Source of the DNA: the human T2T-CHM13v2.0 reference genome, Homo sapiens
Assembly: GCF_009914755.1 (NCBI RefSeq)
Contig: NC_060929.1
Direction: 5' to 3' (one strand)
Length of the DNA: 64,000 nt
In this document: positions 20,844 through 55,884 of the stretch, piece after piece
Layout of the letters: each line of letters opens with the position of its first letter
Numbering within the stretch: the stretch's first letter is position 1
Program-made: the position numbers and the translations under genes
Notes under the pieces: model-generated
What the model was told of the DNA's origin: nothing
Seen by the model: the letters and a program-made list of their open reading frames with translations, nothing else
The model's database searches: none

Positions 20844-20939
20844 GCGATCCTCCCACCTCAGCCTCCCGCGATCCTCCCACCTCAGCCTCCCGCGATCCTC
20901 CCACCTCAGCCTCCCGCAATCCTCCCACCTCAGCCTCCC
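20844..20939. repeat. 4 x 24-nt tandem repeat inside an antisense Alu
   Basis: gcgatcctcccacctcagcctccc x3 plus one copy with a single change; seen as PAILPPQP repeats in the ORF track. Confidence 0.92.
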
Positions 20940-23235
20940 AAAAAGCTGGGATTACAGGAATGAGCCATTAAGCCAGGCAGAGGTTAATTTTAGCTGAAGG
21001 GAAGAGGGCAAGGCTTCAAAGAGGAAGTGGCATTTGATAGACCTAGGGGACTGGTAAACTTACCATGGAAGTATGATGGTAAAGGGATTCATTCCACCTG
21101 GAGTGAACCATGTAAACCCATTGGCACTTCAGTTTTGCATAATCTTGGCCTTCAGACATGGGATAAATAGGCCTACAGTTAGGAAGCTTAGGAGCAGGGA
21201 TTTGAGGGTATTTGAATACCAGTTTAAAGATCTATTACTCTCTGGCCCAGCATGGCGACTCATGCCTGTAATCCCAGCACTACGGAAGGCCGAGGTGGGC
21301 GGATCACCTGAGGTGAGGAGTTCAAGAGCAGCCTGGCCAACATGGTGAAACCCCGTCTCCACTAAAAATACAAAAATTAGCCAGACATGATGGCAGGATT
21401 ACAGGATCTAGGGGATAGCTACTCGGGGTGGGTTGGGGGAAGAGGGGAGGGGGAATGAGGCAGGAGAATCGCTTGAACACGGGAGGTGGAGGTTGCAGTG
21501 AGCCGAGAAGCGAGACTTGTGTCTCAAAAAAAAAAAAAACTATTACTCTCACAGAGGTTGCTGTGAGCCAAGATTGTGCCACTGTACTCTAGCCTGGGCA
21601 AAGAGTGAAACTCCATCTGAAAAAATAAAATAAAATAAAATAAAAATAAGATCTATTATTCTTCCTCTCTTTATTGTTTGATACAAGTTAACCATAGACA
21701 TGTTAGGTAACCATAAGGGGGTTAGTTGTCTAACCCTGTAAAAAAGCATCAGGTAAATTATACTAACTTACACTTTACAAATGCCTTACTTCAAGTAGAC
21801 TCTCCTGTTGTTGGTTGCCTCGATTTTCCTTAAGAACAGGATAGGCTTGCCTAATATGAAAGACTGCAATTGATACAGTGGGATGGGCTGGCCTAGGAAT
21901 AAGACTCCCCCACCATAGTAGTGATCTACCTGCCAGTGTCTTATTCCCTCATTTTAAGTCATGGGGTTTGGATTCAGTAAATATAAGGTAGATCCCTTGT
22001 AGTCCCATGAAATCAAGGGAATAGTCCCAAATTAATCTATGGGAACTGTTTTGTTAAAGGTATCCATTTAGTCAACGGATGCGTTAAAGGCCTAATATAT
22101 GTAAAGCAGTGTGTATGATGCAAAAGAGGTATGATATGGTTTGACCCTCACACGAAAGCACTGTTTATTAAGCATATACAAATATGTAAAAATAGAGGGC
22201 ATGAAGAGATGCATGCTGGAAGAAAGGCAAAAGTAATATTGTTTTGTGTTCAGAAGAGGACAAGAACCCCTTCTCCTGGGAGATTAGAAAAAAGCTTTAT
22301 GGAGGAGACGGCATACATTGTTGATAATCAGAAAAAAGCAATGGATTAAGCTACGATTATGAAGATTGACTCAACCATATCCTGGCTCCATGGCAAATTC
22401 AACTTAAACTCAGAGCTTCAAGTTCCCCAACTATGCACACTAGTTTTTGGATCAATGGCACCATTCACCTCTTCCCACCCTTGACCCCACCAAATAGCAG
22501 ATTGTAAAGCACAGGTGAGCACCAGTGTAAGGCTATTAAATTGTGCTTGCAAGTCTCCTCTGTTACTGAATCCCATGTGACTCAGCCCCAGCGTTGGAAC
22601 CTCGGACTACTGTACCTTCCATGAAGACTAACTACTCTCTGTGCGAACAGAGTAGCATCAGATACACTAGGAGCGGACTGTGGAAGAGAACCCTTACTTC
22701 AATTTCCAGGTCCAGTAAAAGGCCCTCAATCTCCGCCACTTTTCTTTCAGGCCTTCTCTTTTATTACTTGCCCTCTCTCTTCATTTCCTTTTAGCTGCCT
22801 CTGTCTTCTTGTCATCACTTAACTAAGCAAATTGAAGGCCCTACAAGGATTAAACTTAAGCCTTGTAATGGAAGATTTCTCAAATATGTAAGATATTTAC
22901 TTGTGAAATACTTCACCTCAGGGGACATAACTTATGTCCCAGAGCAGTCTCTGTAGAAAGAGAAACAAGTTCCCCTTGCTGGAGCACTATAATTAACCAC
23001 AATAAACAGAGCCTCCATGCAAAGGAGGCTTTTTTGCGTAAGAATCAATTCAAGAAAAATTTAAATACATACAGACCACATTCTAAATATAACAAAAACA
23101 GCTTTCACTACCTTCTCAAGTGCTGATTCCAAAACACTCTTACCTCTAAGCCAATTTGCATATTCTCCATGCCCACACACACGCGTACACTGGGATGGCA
23201 GTAGGGTCATATATGTCTTGAAACTTCATGCCTCA

Positions 23236-23400
<165 letters not shown>

Positions 23401-23407
23401 CTATTAA

Positions 23408-23753
<346 letters not shown>

Positions 23754-23814
23754 TAAAGACTCTTTTAGAATCTATGTACTCTCACATTTTCATAGAATAT
23801 TCTTATTTATTTAA

Positions 23815-24018
<204 letters not shown>

Positions 24019-24225
24019 TCACTATGTTGCCCAGGCTGGTCTGGAACTCCTGGCCTCAACTGATCCTCCTACCTCAGCCTCCTAAAGTGCTGGGATTACA
24101 GGCATGAGCCACTGTGCCCAGCTCCCAAGAAACTTTTAATATATTTTCCTTTGTGGAGGAGGACTTTTTATTGTACAACCTCCTCGATCATTATAAACAG
24201 CATCTAAAACCTAAATTTTTTAAAA

Positions 24226-25612
<1,387 letters not shown>

Positions 25613-25723
25613 AAATCATAACCTTTTGTAAAACCAATATTCAGTGTTTCCAATATTATGACTATAAATTGCCACAATGCCCTATGTACCATATTATGAT
25701 TATATTTCCATTTTCCATATTAA

Positions 25724-25924
<201 letters not shown>

Positions 25925-26254
25925 TAGCTAGGAATACAGGCATGCACCACCACGCCCAGCTAATTTTTGTATTTTTAGTAGAGACAGGGTTTCACCATGT
26001 TGGCCAGGATGGTCTCGATCTCCTGACCTCGTGATCCGCCCACCTGGGCCTCCCAAAGTGCTGGGATTACAGGCGTGAGCCACCGCGCCCGGCCATGGCC
26101 TTGTTTTTTATCATTTGCCTAGTTTTATAAATTTCTTCTCAGCCTGTTCCAATACATCAGCTACCAATTTTATTTATTTATTTTTTGCTTGGCGACGTCC
26201 CTCTTAGAGCCTACCGTCCTTGTCATTCTACTTCAGCCTTCACTGATTGCTCTC

Positions 26255-36765
<10,511 letters not shown>

Positions 36766-36789
36766 CCCAAGGCATTAAAATATTGATTA

Positions 36790-38300
<1,511 letters not shown>

Positions 38301-38554
38301 CTCTCTCTTTATCTCTCCAGGGGACACCCCAAGCCCAGTAATGCTGTAGATCTATATATATCTGTATATATAGATTAGGCCAGGTATACTGACTTGTGCC
38401 TGTAATCCCAGCTATTTGAGAGGCTAAGATATACATACATATAGATTAGGCCAAGCATAGTAACTCATGCCTGTAATCCCAGCTATTCAGGAGGCTAAGA
38501 CAGGAGCATCACTTAAACCCAGGAGTTTAAGACTAACCTGGGCAGTATAGCAAG

Positions 38555-38590
<36 letters not shown>

Positions 38591-38860
38591 TATATGTATT
38601 AGAAGCTCTGTGTCAGTGTGCAAGCATGTCAAGTGGTGAGCTTCAGTATAAGGGTAACCAAGCGGTGGCCCAGTCATTTCATGGGGACCTTTCCTAACCA
38701 TCAATATTTTTAGAACTTTTTCTGTTGGGCTGATCCATTCCCCAGAAACCATTCTCTTACTTCACTTAGAAGGGTATAAGTCCAGCTGCCAGCCTTTTGG
38801 GGACTGGGTAGGAGAAGGCGACTGGAGGTCTTACCATTTGGTATGCACAATTTTACTTAA

Positions 38861-39199
<339 letters not shown>

Positions 39200-39459
39200 T
39201 AATCCTCCCGCATCAGCCTCCTGAATAGCTGGGACTACAGGCGCCCACCACCATGCTCGGCTAATTTTTTTTTTGAAACAGGGTCTCACTATGTTGCCTA
39301 GGTCTCAAACCTTTGGGCTCAAGTGATCCTCCACAGCCTCCCAAAGTTCTGGGATTACAGGTGTGAGCCACCGTGCCTGGCCATCATGCATCTTTTAAAA
39401 ACCATTGTTTTGGCAGAGCTTGAGGAAGTAACCAAGATACGTGTGTATTAGTCTGTCAT

Positions 39460-41981
<2,522 letters not shown>

Positions 41982-42218
41982 TAGTAGAGACGGGGTTTAA
42001 CCATGTTGGCCAGGCTGGTCTCAAACTCTTGACCTCAAGTGATCCACCTGCCTTGGCCTCTCAAAGTGCTGGGATTACAGGCGTGAGGCACAGCACCTGG
42101 CCAGAAGTTTTAAGTGTTATAAAGAGAGCAGGTAATCCACAGTGGTTATGCTAATTAAGCACTGATAATTAGCATTCTGAGTAGAAATGAGTCTGTGTAT
42201 GAGTATGTACATAGTTGA

Positions 42219-42444
42219 CGGTATTTCTCAAGCTCGGCACTATTGGCACTATTGACATCTTGGGCTGGATAATTCTTTGTGTATGGTGGGTGGCCGTGAG
42301 GGATGTCCTGTGCATCACAAGGTGTTTAGCAGCATCTCTAGTTTCTACCCACTAGATGCCATCCCAGTTGGGAAAACTCAGAATGTCTCTAGACATAACC
42401 AAATGTCCCTCATGGGACAAAACATTCCCCAGTTGAGAACTACT
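42219..42444 (-). mobile_element. MER20 (hAT-Charlie) DNA transposon
   Basis: ggcactattgacatcttgggctggataattctttgt...tttagcagcatc...ctacccactagatgcca...ccaaatgtccc...gttgagaactact matches the reverse MER20 consensus. Confidence 0.85.
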
Positions 42445-43537
42445 TGATTAAAAGATGTTCCGGCTGGGCACAGTGACTCATGTCTGTAATCCCAGCACTT
42501 TGGGAGGCCAAGGTGGGCAGATCACCAGAGGTCAGGAGTTTGAGACCAGCCTGGCCAACATGGCGAAACCCCGTCTCTACTAAAAATACAAAAATTAGCC
42601 GGGCATGGTGGCGGGCACCTGTAATCCCACCTACTCGGGAGGCTGAGGCAGCAGAATCACTTGAGCCTGGGAGGCGGTGGTTGCAGTGAGCCAAGATTGC
42701 GCCACTGTACTCCAGGGTAGGCGACAGAGTGAGACTCCATCTCAAAAAAAAATAAAAAATAAAAAATAAAGGATAAAAGATGTTCCATTTTGCATTAGTC
42801 AAAAATGAGTCTTCACTTTGGTCTAGTAAAAGCCTGGCGTCCGAGGGTCATTCAAAGTTCATGGTATTTTATCAGCTTCAGTAGTTAGATCCTATGGCAA
42901 TGAAGCAATAGTTTCGATAATTCCTAAGCAAATGCTATTGTAAGTGAAAAATTAATTTTTATAGTCCCTCTTCCTGAGACAACAGGATGACCTCACAAAG
43001 GGTCAACACATGATCAGGTTCTGAAATCTTAGCTACCATCTTAGTTTCTTTCAGATGTCATTCTCACAAGATTCCATCTTGTTTATCAGAATAATCTTAA
43101 TTTTTTGTTGTAGAATTCCTGAATGCGTAAAACAGGATGGTGGCTGCACAACAACTGGCACTTCAAAACCTGTGTACAAGCCGGGCGCAGTGGCCCACGC
43201 CTTAATCCCAGCACTTTGGGAGGCCGAGGTGGGTGGATCACTTGAGGCCAGGAGTCAGACCAGCCTGGGCAACATGGTGAAACCCTGTCTCTACTAAAAA
43301 CACAAAAATTAGTTGGGTGTGGTGGCGCCCGCCTGTAATTCCAGTTACTCAGGTGGCTGAGGCACGAAAATCGCTTGAACCCGGAAGGCGGAGGTTGCAG
43401 TGAGCTGAGATCACATTACTGTACTCTGGTCTGGGCAACAGAGGGAGACTGTCTCAAAAAAATAAACTAAAATACATTTTAAAAACTACAACGTGCTAAC
43501 AAAAAATAAACAAGCAAATAAGTAAAATAAAATTTCA

Positions 43538-45270
<1,733 letters not shown>

Positions 45271-45284
45271 GGCTGGGTGGCTCA

Positions 45285-45640
<356 letters not shown>

Positions 45641-46552
45641 CTAAGAGTCATTTAAACCAAATATGCAGTTAATCCAATCAAACTGAATGTAAACCTGTAG
45701 CCCAATTTCATAAGCACCAATCTTGATTGGAATGTCTTGAATTAAGCAATCTGCTTCCACAAACTCATCTACTCCTAGAACCAAAAAGTTCCTGGGATTC
45801 CTGACTCAATTACCTGAGTTCTGACATGCATGTATACAATGGGTAACAACGTGAGCTATAACTGAGAAGCCTGCACCCATAGCTGTATTCTCAGTAATAG
45901 CAACAACTAAGACTAACTAACCCTTTGAAGCTTTTTAATTTCCTTTCTTTTTTTCCTTTTTCTTGCTCTTCAAGAGTTTGACAACATACCTTTGAAGTTT
46001 TGTGATGTTTCTTCCAGAAGACAATTTTGGATCTATCATTTGTAACTGGAGCATCTAGGCAAATACAAGGAGAAAAAAGTCAGAGGTCTCTTGTGGTTAA
46101 TAAAACTTAATGGCTGTAGTTGATTTACTACAATAATAATAATAGAATGGAAAAAAGCTAGAATCCTCTGTTAAAGTATACTACACATCAATTTATAAGT
46201 ATTTAGTCAATAAGAACATAATACGGGCCCAGTGCAGTGGCTCATGCCTGTAATCCCAACACTTTGGGAGGCCAAGGCAAGAGGCTTGCTTGAGGCCCAG
46301 AATTTAAGACCAGCATGGGCAACATAGCAAGACCTCATCTCTACAAAAAAAGGAACACAATATGGATCAACTGTGAGAGTATTGACAACTGCTAGTTTAC
46401 TTAATTTTTTTTTTTTTTTAAGATGGAGTCTAAGGCCGGGCACGGTGGCTCACAGCTGTAATACCAGCGCTTTGGGAGGCTGAGGCGGGCAGATCACAAG
46501 GTCAGGAGTTTGACACCAGCCTCGTCAACATAGTGAAACCCTATCTCTACTA

Positions 46553-46786
<234 letters not shown>

Positions 46787-47110
46787 TCACTGCAACCTCT
46801 GCCTCCCGGGTTCAAGCAATTCTCCCTGCCTCAGCCTCCCTAGTAGCTGGGATTACAGGCGCCCGCCACCAAGCCCGGCTAATTTTTGTATTTTTTAGTA
46901 GAGATGGGGTTTCGCCATGTTGGCCAGGCTGGTCTTGAACTCCTGACCTCAGGAGATCCGCACGCCTCGGCCTCCTAAAGTGCTGGGATTACAGGCGTGA
47001 ACCACTGCGCCCAGACGAGTTTCCTTAATTTATACCACAAAGTATATTATGATATCAATTCACAAGGTTATTTAATCATAAAAACAAAAATTTTTCTTAA
47101 AACCAATTGA

Positions 47111-47522
<412 letters not shown>

Positions 47523-47727
47523 AGGCGAAAAAAAAATTGATAGTTAATGTGTCCGCCTTTTTTTTTTTTTTTTTTTGAGACTGAGCCTGGCTCTGTCGCC
47601 CAGGCTGGAGTGCAGTGGCACTATCTCCACTCACTGGACAACCTCTGCCTCCCAGGTTCAAGCAATTCTCCTGCCTCAGCTTCCCAAGTAGCTGGAACTA
47701 CAGGCGTGCACTAGAATGCCCGGCTAA

Positions 47728-47913
<186 letters not shown>

Positions 47914-48400
47914 TAAAGTATATTTTCACTAAAAAAATAGCAAAATAGAGCTGGGTGTGATGGCTCATGCCTGTAATCCCCGGCACTTTGGTAGGCCAAA
48001 ATGGGAGGATCACTTGAGGCCAGTTCAAGACCAGCCTGGTCAATATAGTGAGCCCCTATCTCCATTAAAAAAAACAAATTAAATAAATAAAAGAGAAAAG
48101 CAAAATAGAGCTCTTGAATTGTCCATTTAAAAAAATATTCTGGGTTTGGCAGATAAAATAGCTCTGACAAAAGTTTTGGATTAGTTAAAATCTAGAAAAT
48201 GCCAAGCAAATCTAATTATTGTCATTATCTCTTATAAGATGAAGTAGTAAATTTTTGTAGTTTCCTTGAAATACAATGGAAACCCAGGAAACGCCTAAGG
48301 CATTTAAAGGGTGTAAAAGTCATCTTAATTATTTCATAATTCCAAATATACAGCCTGAATTTGAAGAAAGGAATATCAAAAAGACTTGTCAGAACAGAAA

Positions 48401-49125
48401 TTCACAATAGGAAAGACTTGGAACCAAGCCAAATGTCCACCAGTGATAGCCTGGATTAAGAAAATGTGGCACCGGGCATGGTGGCTCACGCCTGTAAACC
48501 CAGCACTTTGGGAGGCCGAGGTGGGTGGATCACATAAGCTCTGGAGTTCGAGACCGGCCTGACCAACATGGAGAAACCCTATCTCTACTAAAAAAAAAAA
48601 TACAAAGCTAGCCAGGGGTGGTAGCACATGGCTGTAATCCCAGCTACTTGGGAAGCTGAGGCAGGAGAATCACTTGCCATTGCACTCCAGTCTGGGCAGC
48701 AATAGTGAAACTCCATCTAAAAAAAAAAAAAAAAAAGTGGCACATATACACTATGGAATATTATGCAGCCATAAAAAGGATGAGTTCATGTCCTTTGCAG
48801 GGACATGGATGAAGCTGTAAACTATCATTCTCAGCAAATTATCACATGGACGGAAAACCAAACACCACACGGTCTCACTCATAGGTGGGAATTGAACCAT
48901 GAGAACACTTGGACGCAGGGTGGGGAACATCACACACCAGGGCCTGTCAGTGGGGTTGGAGGGCTGAAGGAGGGATAGCATTAGGAGAAACACCTAATGT
49001 AAATGACGAGTTGATGGGTGCAGCAAACCAACATGGCACATGCATACCTATGTAACAAACCTACACATTATGCACATGTACCCTAGAACTTAACGTATAA
49101 TACAAAAATTTTAAAATTTTAAAAA
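48401..49125 (+). mobile_element. L1PA 3' end interrupted by an Alu
   Basis: gacttggaaccaagccaaatgtcc...ggatgagttcatgtcctttgcagggacatggatgaagctg...tgcacatgtaccctagaactt. Confidence 0.9.
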
Positions 49126-49137
49126 AAGATCACAGTG

Positions 49138-50040
49138 AATGGGTACAAAAGTACTATTAGATAGAAGGAATAAGATCTAGTGTTCCGTAGCCTAGATCTG
49201 GCCTAGGGTGACTATAGTTAACAATAATTTATTGTATATATTTATATATTTCCTTTTTTTTTTTTTTTTTTGAGAAACAGTCCGCTCTGTCGCCCAGGCT
49301 GGAATGCAGTGACGCGATCTCAAATCACTGCAACCTCCGCCTCCCAGGTTCAAGTGATTCTCCTGCCTTAGACTCCTGAGTAGCAGGAATTACAGGCTTG
49401 TGCCACCATGCCTGGCTAATTTTTGTATATTTTGTAGAGATGGGGTTTCGCCATGTTGGCCAGGCTGGTCTCGAACTCCTAAGCTCAAGCAATCCCTGAG
49501 CTCAAGCAATCCTTGAGCTCCTTACAGGCATGAGCCACCATGCTCGGCCTTTTTTAATTTTTTTTTGAGACAAGGTCTTGCTCTGTCACCCCGGTTGGAG
49601 TGCAGTAGTGCAATCACAGCTCACTCAGCCTCAACCTCTCAGACTCAAGCGATCCTCCCACCTCAGCCTCCTGAGTAACTAGGACTAGAGGTATACACCA
49701 CCAATCCCAGCTAATTTTTGTATTTTTTGTAGAGATGGGGTTTGCCAGGTTGCCCGGGCTGATCTCGGACCCCTGGGCTCAAATGATACTCCTGCTTTGG
49801 CCTCCCAAAGTGCTGGGATTATAGGCATGAGCCACCATACCCAGTCTGTATATTTCCAAATAACTAAAGGAGTGGAGTTGGAACGTTTCCAACACAAATA
49901 AATGATAAATGTTTGAGGAGATAAATATCCCAATTACTCTGATTTGATCATTACACATTGCATGCTTGTATCAAAATATAACATGTACCCCATAAATATG
50001 TACAACTATTATGTATGCATAAAAATTAAAAATAAACATG
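49138..50040 (+). mobile_element. L1MA 3' end interrupted by two antisense Alus
   Basis: ttagatagaaggaataagatctagtg...gatttgatcattacacattg...catgtaccccataaatatgtacaactatt. Confidence 0.8.
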
Positions 50041-50229
50041 ACAAAATGTACTATTAAGAATATTAGTCCAAAAAACAAATAAAAACAACAAAAGAAGAAA
50101 AAAAGAAATAATTAAAAAAAATAAAAAGAAGAATATTAGTCTGAGGCCAGGTGCGGTGGCTCTGGTGAACCCAGAGATTAAGGCTGCAGTAAGCCATGTT
50201 TGCGCCCCTGCACCCTAGCTGGGTAATAG

Positions 50230-50382
<153 letters not shown>

Positions 50383-50439
50383 TGAGACCAGCCTGGCCAA
50401 TATTATGAAACCCGGTCTCTACTAAAAATACAAAAATTA

Positions 50440-50751
<312 letters not shown>

Positions 50752-50919
50752 TTAGCTGGGCACAGTGGCTCACACCTACAGTCCTAGCTACTTGGGAAGC
50801 TGAGGCAGAATTGCCCGAGCTCAGGAGTTTGAGGTTACAGTGAGCTATGATCACACCAGTGCACTCCAGCCTGGGTAACATAGTAAGACCCTATCTCAAA
50901 AAACAAAACAAAACAAAAA

Positions 50920-52075
<1,156 letters not shown>

Positions 52076-52183
52076 AAAAGGAAAAATTTGGCCGGGCGTG
52101 GTGGCTCACGCCTGTAATCGCAGCACTTTGGGAGGCCGAGGCGGGCGGATCACCAAGTCAGGAGATCGAGACCATCCTGGCTA

Positions 52184-52744
<561 letters not shown>

Positions 52745-53189
52745 TTATACCGTTGCTCTATGGGATAGCAATGTTTTTGTCCTTCAGCCTCCCCTCCAAT
52801 TGCTGAGCTGCTGGTGTGTTTTGAGGAGTAGAAGGCAAAAAGAACCCTCTTGTTTTTCTTTGGATCTAGAGAGAATCTGAGCAAATGACAAAGCAAATGG
52901 GGTAAAATGTCTTTTTGTTTAGTTTTTCCTGATTTTCCCATGAGAGGCAAATACATGTTAAGGATAGTTGAATCTGAGTAAAGGGCATAGAAATATTCCT
53001 TACAAGATTTTTGTTGGCAACTGGTCTAAGTATGAAATTATTTCCAAATAGAAAGCTAAAACAAACAAAACAATTGGCCTTGGGAAACTGGACAATCTTG
53101 AAGTAATCAAGTAATATTGTTAAGGGACAATCAGTGTTGTGAAAACAACACGGATACACCCCCTCCCTCCCCCTCAAAAAAAAAAACCC

Positions 53190-53335
53190 TAAATTCAGTT
53201 CCCCCGTTGCTAATGTGTGATCCTGGCAAAGTCATCTAAGTCGCTGAGCTTCAGTTCCTCCAACCCAGAGAGTTGTTGCAACGATCAAATGAAAGAATGT
53301 CTATTAAAGCCTTTCATGAACTATATTATTGCTGC
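53190..53335 (+). mobile_element. MIR fragment just upstream of the CCNB1 promoter
   Basis: tgtgtgatcctggcaaagtcatctaagtcgctgagcttcagttcctc. Confidence 0.6.
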
Positions 53336-53389
53336 TACCGTAGAAATGGAAAGTGTGCAACACTAGATCCAAAACTACTTTTGACACTT

Positions 53390-54070
53390 CTGAGACTGTG
53401 GCCGCGCCTCTGTCACCTTCCAAAGGCCACTAGGCCTTTCCTGAGCTGGCATTGGCAACGCACACTCTTGCCCGGCTAACCTTTCCAGGTGGGCGGCGCA
53501 CTGGCTTCACTGCTCTCCAGGTGGCCGCTGCAGCTGCCCGAGAGCGCAGGCGCAGAGGCAGACCACGTGAGAGCCTGGCCAGGCCTTCCGGCCTAGCCTC
53601 ACTGTGGCCCCGCCCCTCTCGAACGCCTTCGCGCGATCGCCCTGGAAACGCATTCTCTGCGACCGGCAGCCGCCAATGGGAAGGGAGTGAGTGCCACGAA
53701 CAGGCCAATAAGGAGGGAGCAGTGCGGGGTTTAAATCTGAGGCTAGGCTGGCTCTTCTCGGCGTGCTGCGGCGGAACGGCTGTTGGTTTCTGCTGGGTGT
53801 AGGTCCTTGGCTGGTCGGGCCTCCGGTGTTCTGCTTCTCCCCGCTGAGCTGCTGCCTGGTGAAGAGGAAGCCATGGCGCTCCGAGTCACCAGGGTGAGCC
53901 GCTTCGGACTGCGAACTAACGCGGCCTTCTTAGCTGCTGCCTGCTCTCCCTGCCTCGCCTGCGGGAGCCTCCCGAGCGGGAGAGGGCCGCAGGAGCGATT
54001 TGGGGAGGAAGGTGGGAGGGGACTCACCAAGAGAGCGCCGAGGTGGGCCCAGGCCTGGTGAGAGAGTGTG
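53390..54070 (+). promoter_or_regulatory. CCNB1: CCNB1 CpG-island promoter and 5' region: E-box CACGTG 53564-53569, GC box 53608-53616, CCAAT 53673-53677 and 53705-53709, CHR TTTAAA 53730-53735
   Basis: Motifs read directly. The TATA-less twin-CCAAT (32-bp spacing) plus CHR layout is the established NF-Y and DREAM/MMB-FOXM1 G2/M promoter architecture. Confidence 0.9.
53873..53893 (+). CDS. CCNB1: Cyclin B1 exon 1 coding part, MALRVTR
   Basis: Strong Kozak gccATGG; |gtgagc donor. Confidence 0.96.
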
Positions 54071-54466
54071 GGGGACGATGGATGGAGGGAGGAAGGTGAG
54101 AAAGAGAACTGGACGGATATTGGATAAATGTTTTGGGGAGGTGGAGAGTCGACTGGGAACCTTTTGAAAAAGTGATAGAGGGTCCCTGAGTGGGCCCGCC
54201 AGCAACTCTGTAACCCCCTTCCCAGAGAGAAGGTGTCTGCAATTGGAGGCTTTTTCGGTTTCCTTTCAAATGTAAATTCTCGGTATTTTAGGGCTGGCCA
54301 GGACTAATCAGGGAATCCCTCAATTGGTAAATGTAGAGGTCGGCGGAAACTGACTTGTCACGGCCGCAGAGTAGACTCTGGGACCCATGTTTTCCCTCGG
54401 AACCCATTTTTAGTCGGCTTTCTTTCTGGGAACTTCTCCTTGTGCCCCACCTTAATTAACCCTTGA

Positions 54467-54706
<240 letters not shown>

Positions 54707-54746
54707 TAACTTCTGTAAGAGCCCGCCTTCCAACTGTGGCCTTTGA

Positions 54747-54974
<228 letters not shown>

Positions 54975-55049
54975 TAGAGTCTGTTGATTATTTCTTGTCC
55001 CTTATTTCACTGATACATGCAAGAGCATTCAAATGAATAGTAATATTAA

Positions 55050-55270
55050 TACCATTTATTGAGTGCTTAGCATGAGGCAAGCTCTGCCTAACATTTTACA
55101 TGCATTAACTCACATAATCTTTACACGTACTCTCTGAGGTATTGTCACCTCTACTATTTAAATCATGGCTTTAGAGAGGTTATGTCAGGGTCACACAGGT
55201 AAGTGGCCCATATGGGATTCAAGCTCAGGCTGTCTGGCTTCAGAATCTATGCTTTTAATTGTCAACTGTC
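55050..55270 (-). mobile_element. MIR in CCNB1 intron 3
   Basis: ccatttattgagtgcttag...agagaggtt...ggtcacacag...gggattcaagctcaggctgtctggcttcaga. Confidence 0.7.
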
Positions 55271-55663
55271 TTATATTCCTTCGTTAATGATATTAAGTAG
55301 TAGCTGTCTGAGCCAAAGGCTTTGTTGTCCAACTACAAGCCATCTCTGCAGAATTTATTGGCGTAAACATAGAATGTTCTCTTGAATTTTTTTACTGCTG
55401 CATATGGCTACTAAATAATAAGCCTGTAACATTGGAATATGCAAAGGAGTAAAACAGGAAGAAGGCAACTTTTCAGGGAGTGGTTAAGAAGATGAATTAA
55501 CACTTAGCCTCAAAAATAATAACTTTTTATTAAATATAAGGTATGTAAATGTATTCTATGATAGACCTACCTGTGAAGGAAAGGTAGGTCATGTAGAGGA
55601 GGCTGCTTTGATGAAATTGCAATGAACTGTATTCTGAAGCTCTGTTTTTTTAAACTTAGTTAA

Positions 55664-55884
<221 letters not shown>

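Noticed and set aside
20844-20939. Regular short direct repeats considered as a CRISPR-like array
   Set aside because: No spacers, the unit is Alu-derived, and the DNA is eukaryotic
23001-23036. AATAAA then a hairpin agcctcc-N7-ggaggct followed by a T run, resembling a bacterial intrinsic terminator
   Set aside because: Human intergenic context, only a 7-bp stem and no associated transcription unit; probably chance
53273-54269. Several overlapping ORFs on both strands at the CCNB1 promoter
   Set aside because: Expected from stop-codon scarcity in a GC-rich CpG island
54163-54270. TTTGAA/TTCAAA CHR-like hexamers in CCNB1 intron 1
   Set aside because: More than 400 nt downstream of the core promoter; hexamers are frequent by chance and the promoter already has a properly placed CHR
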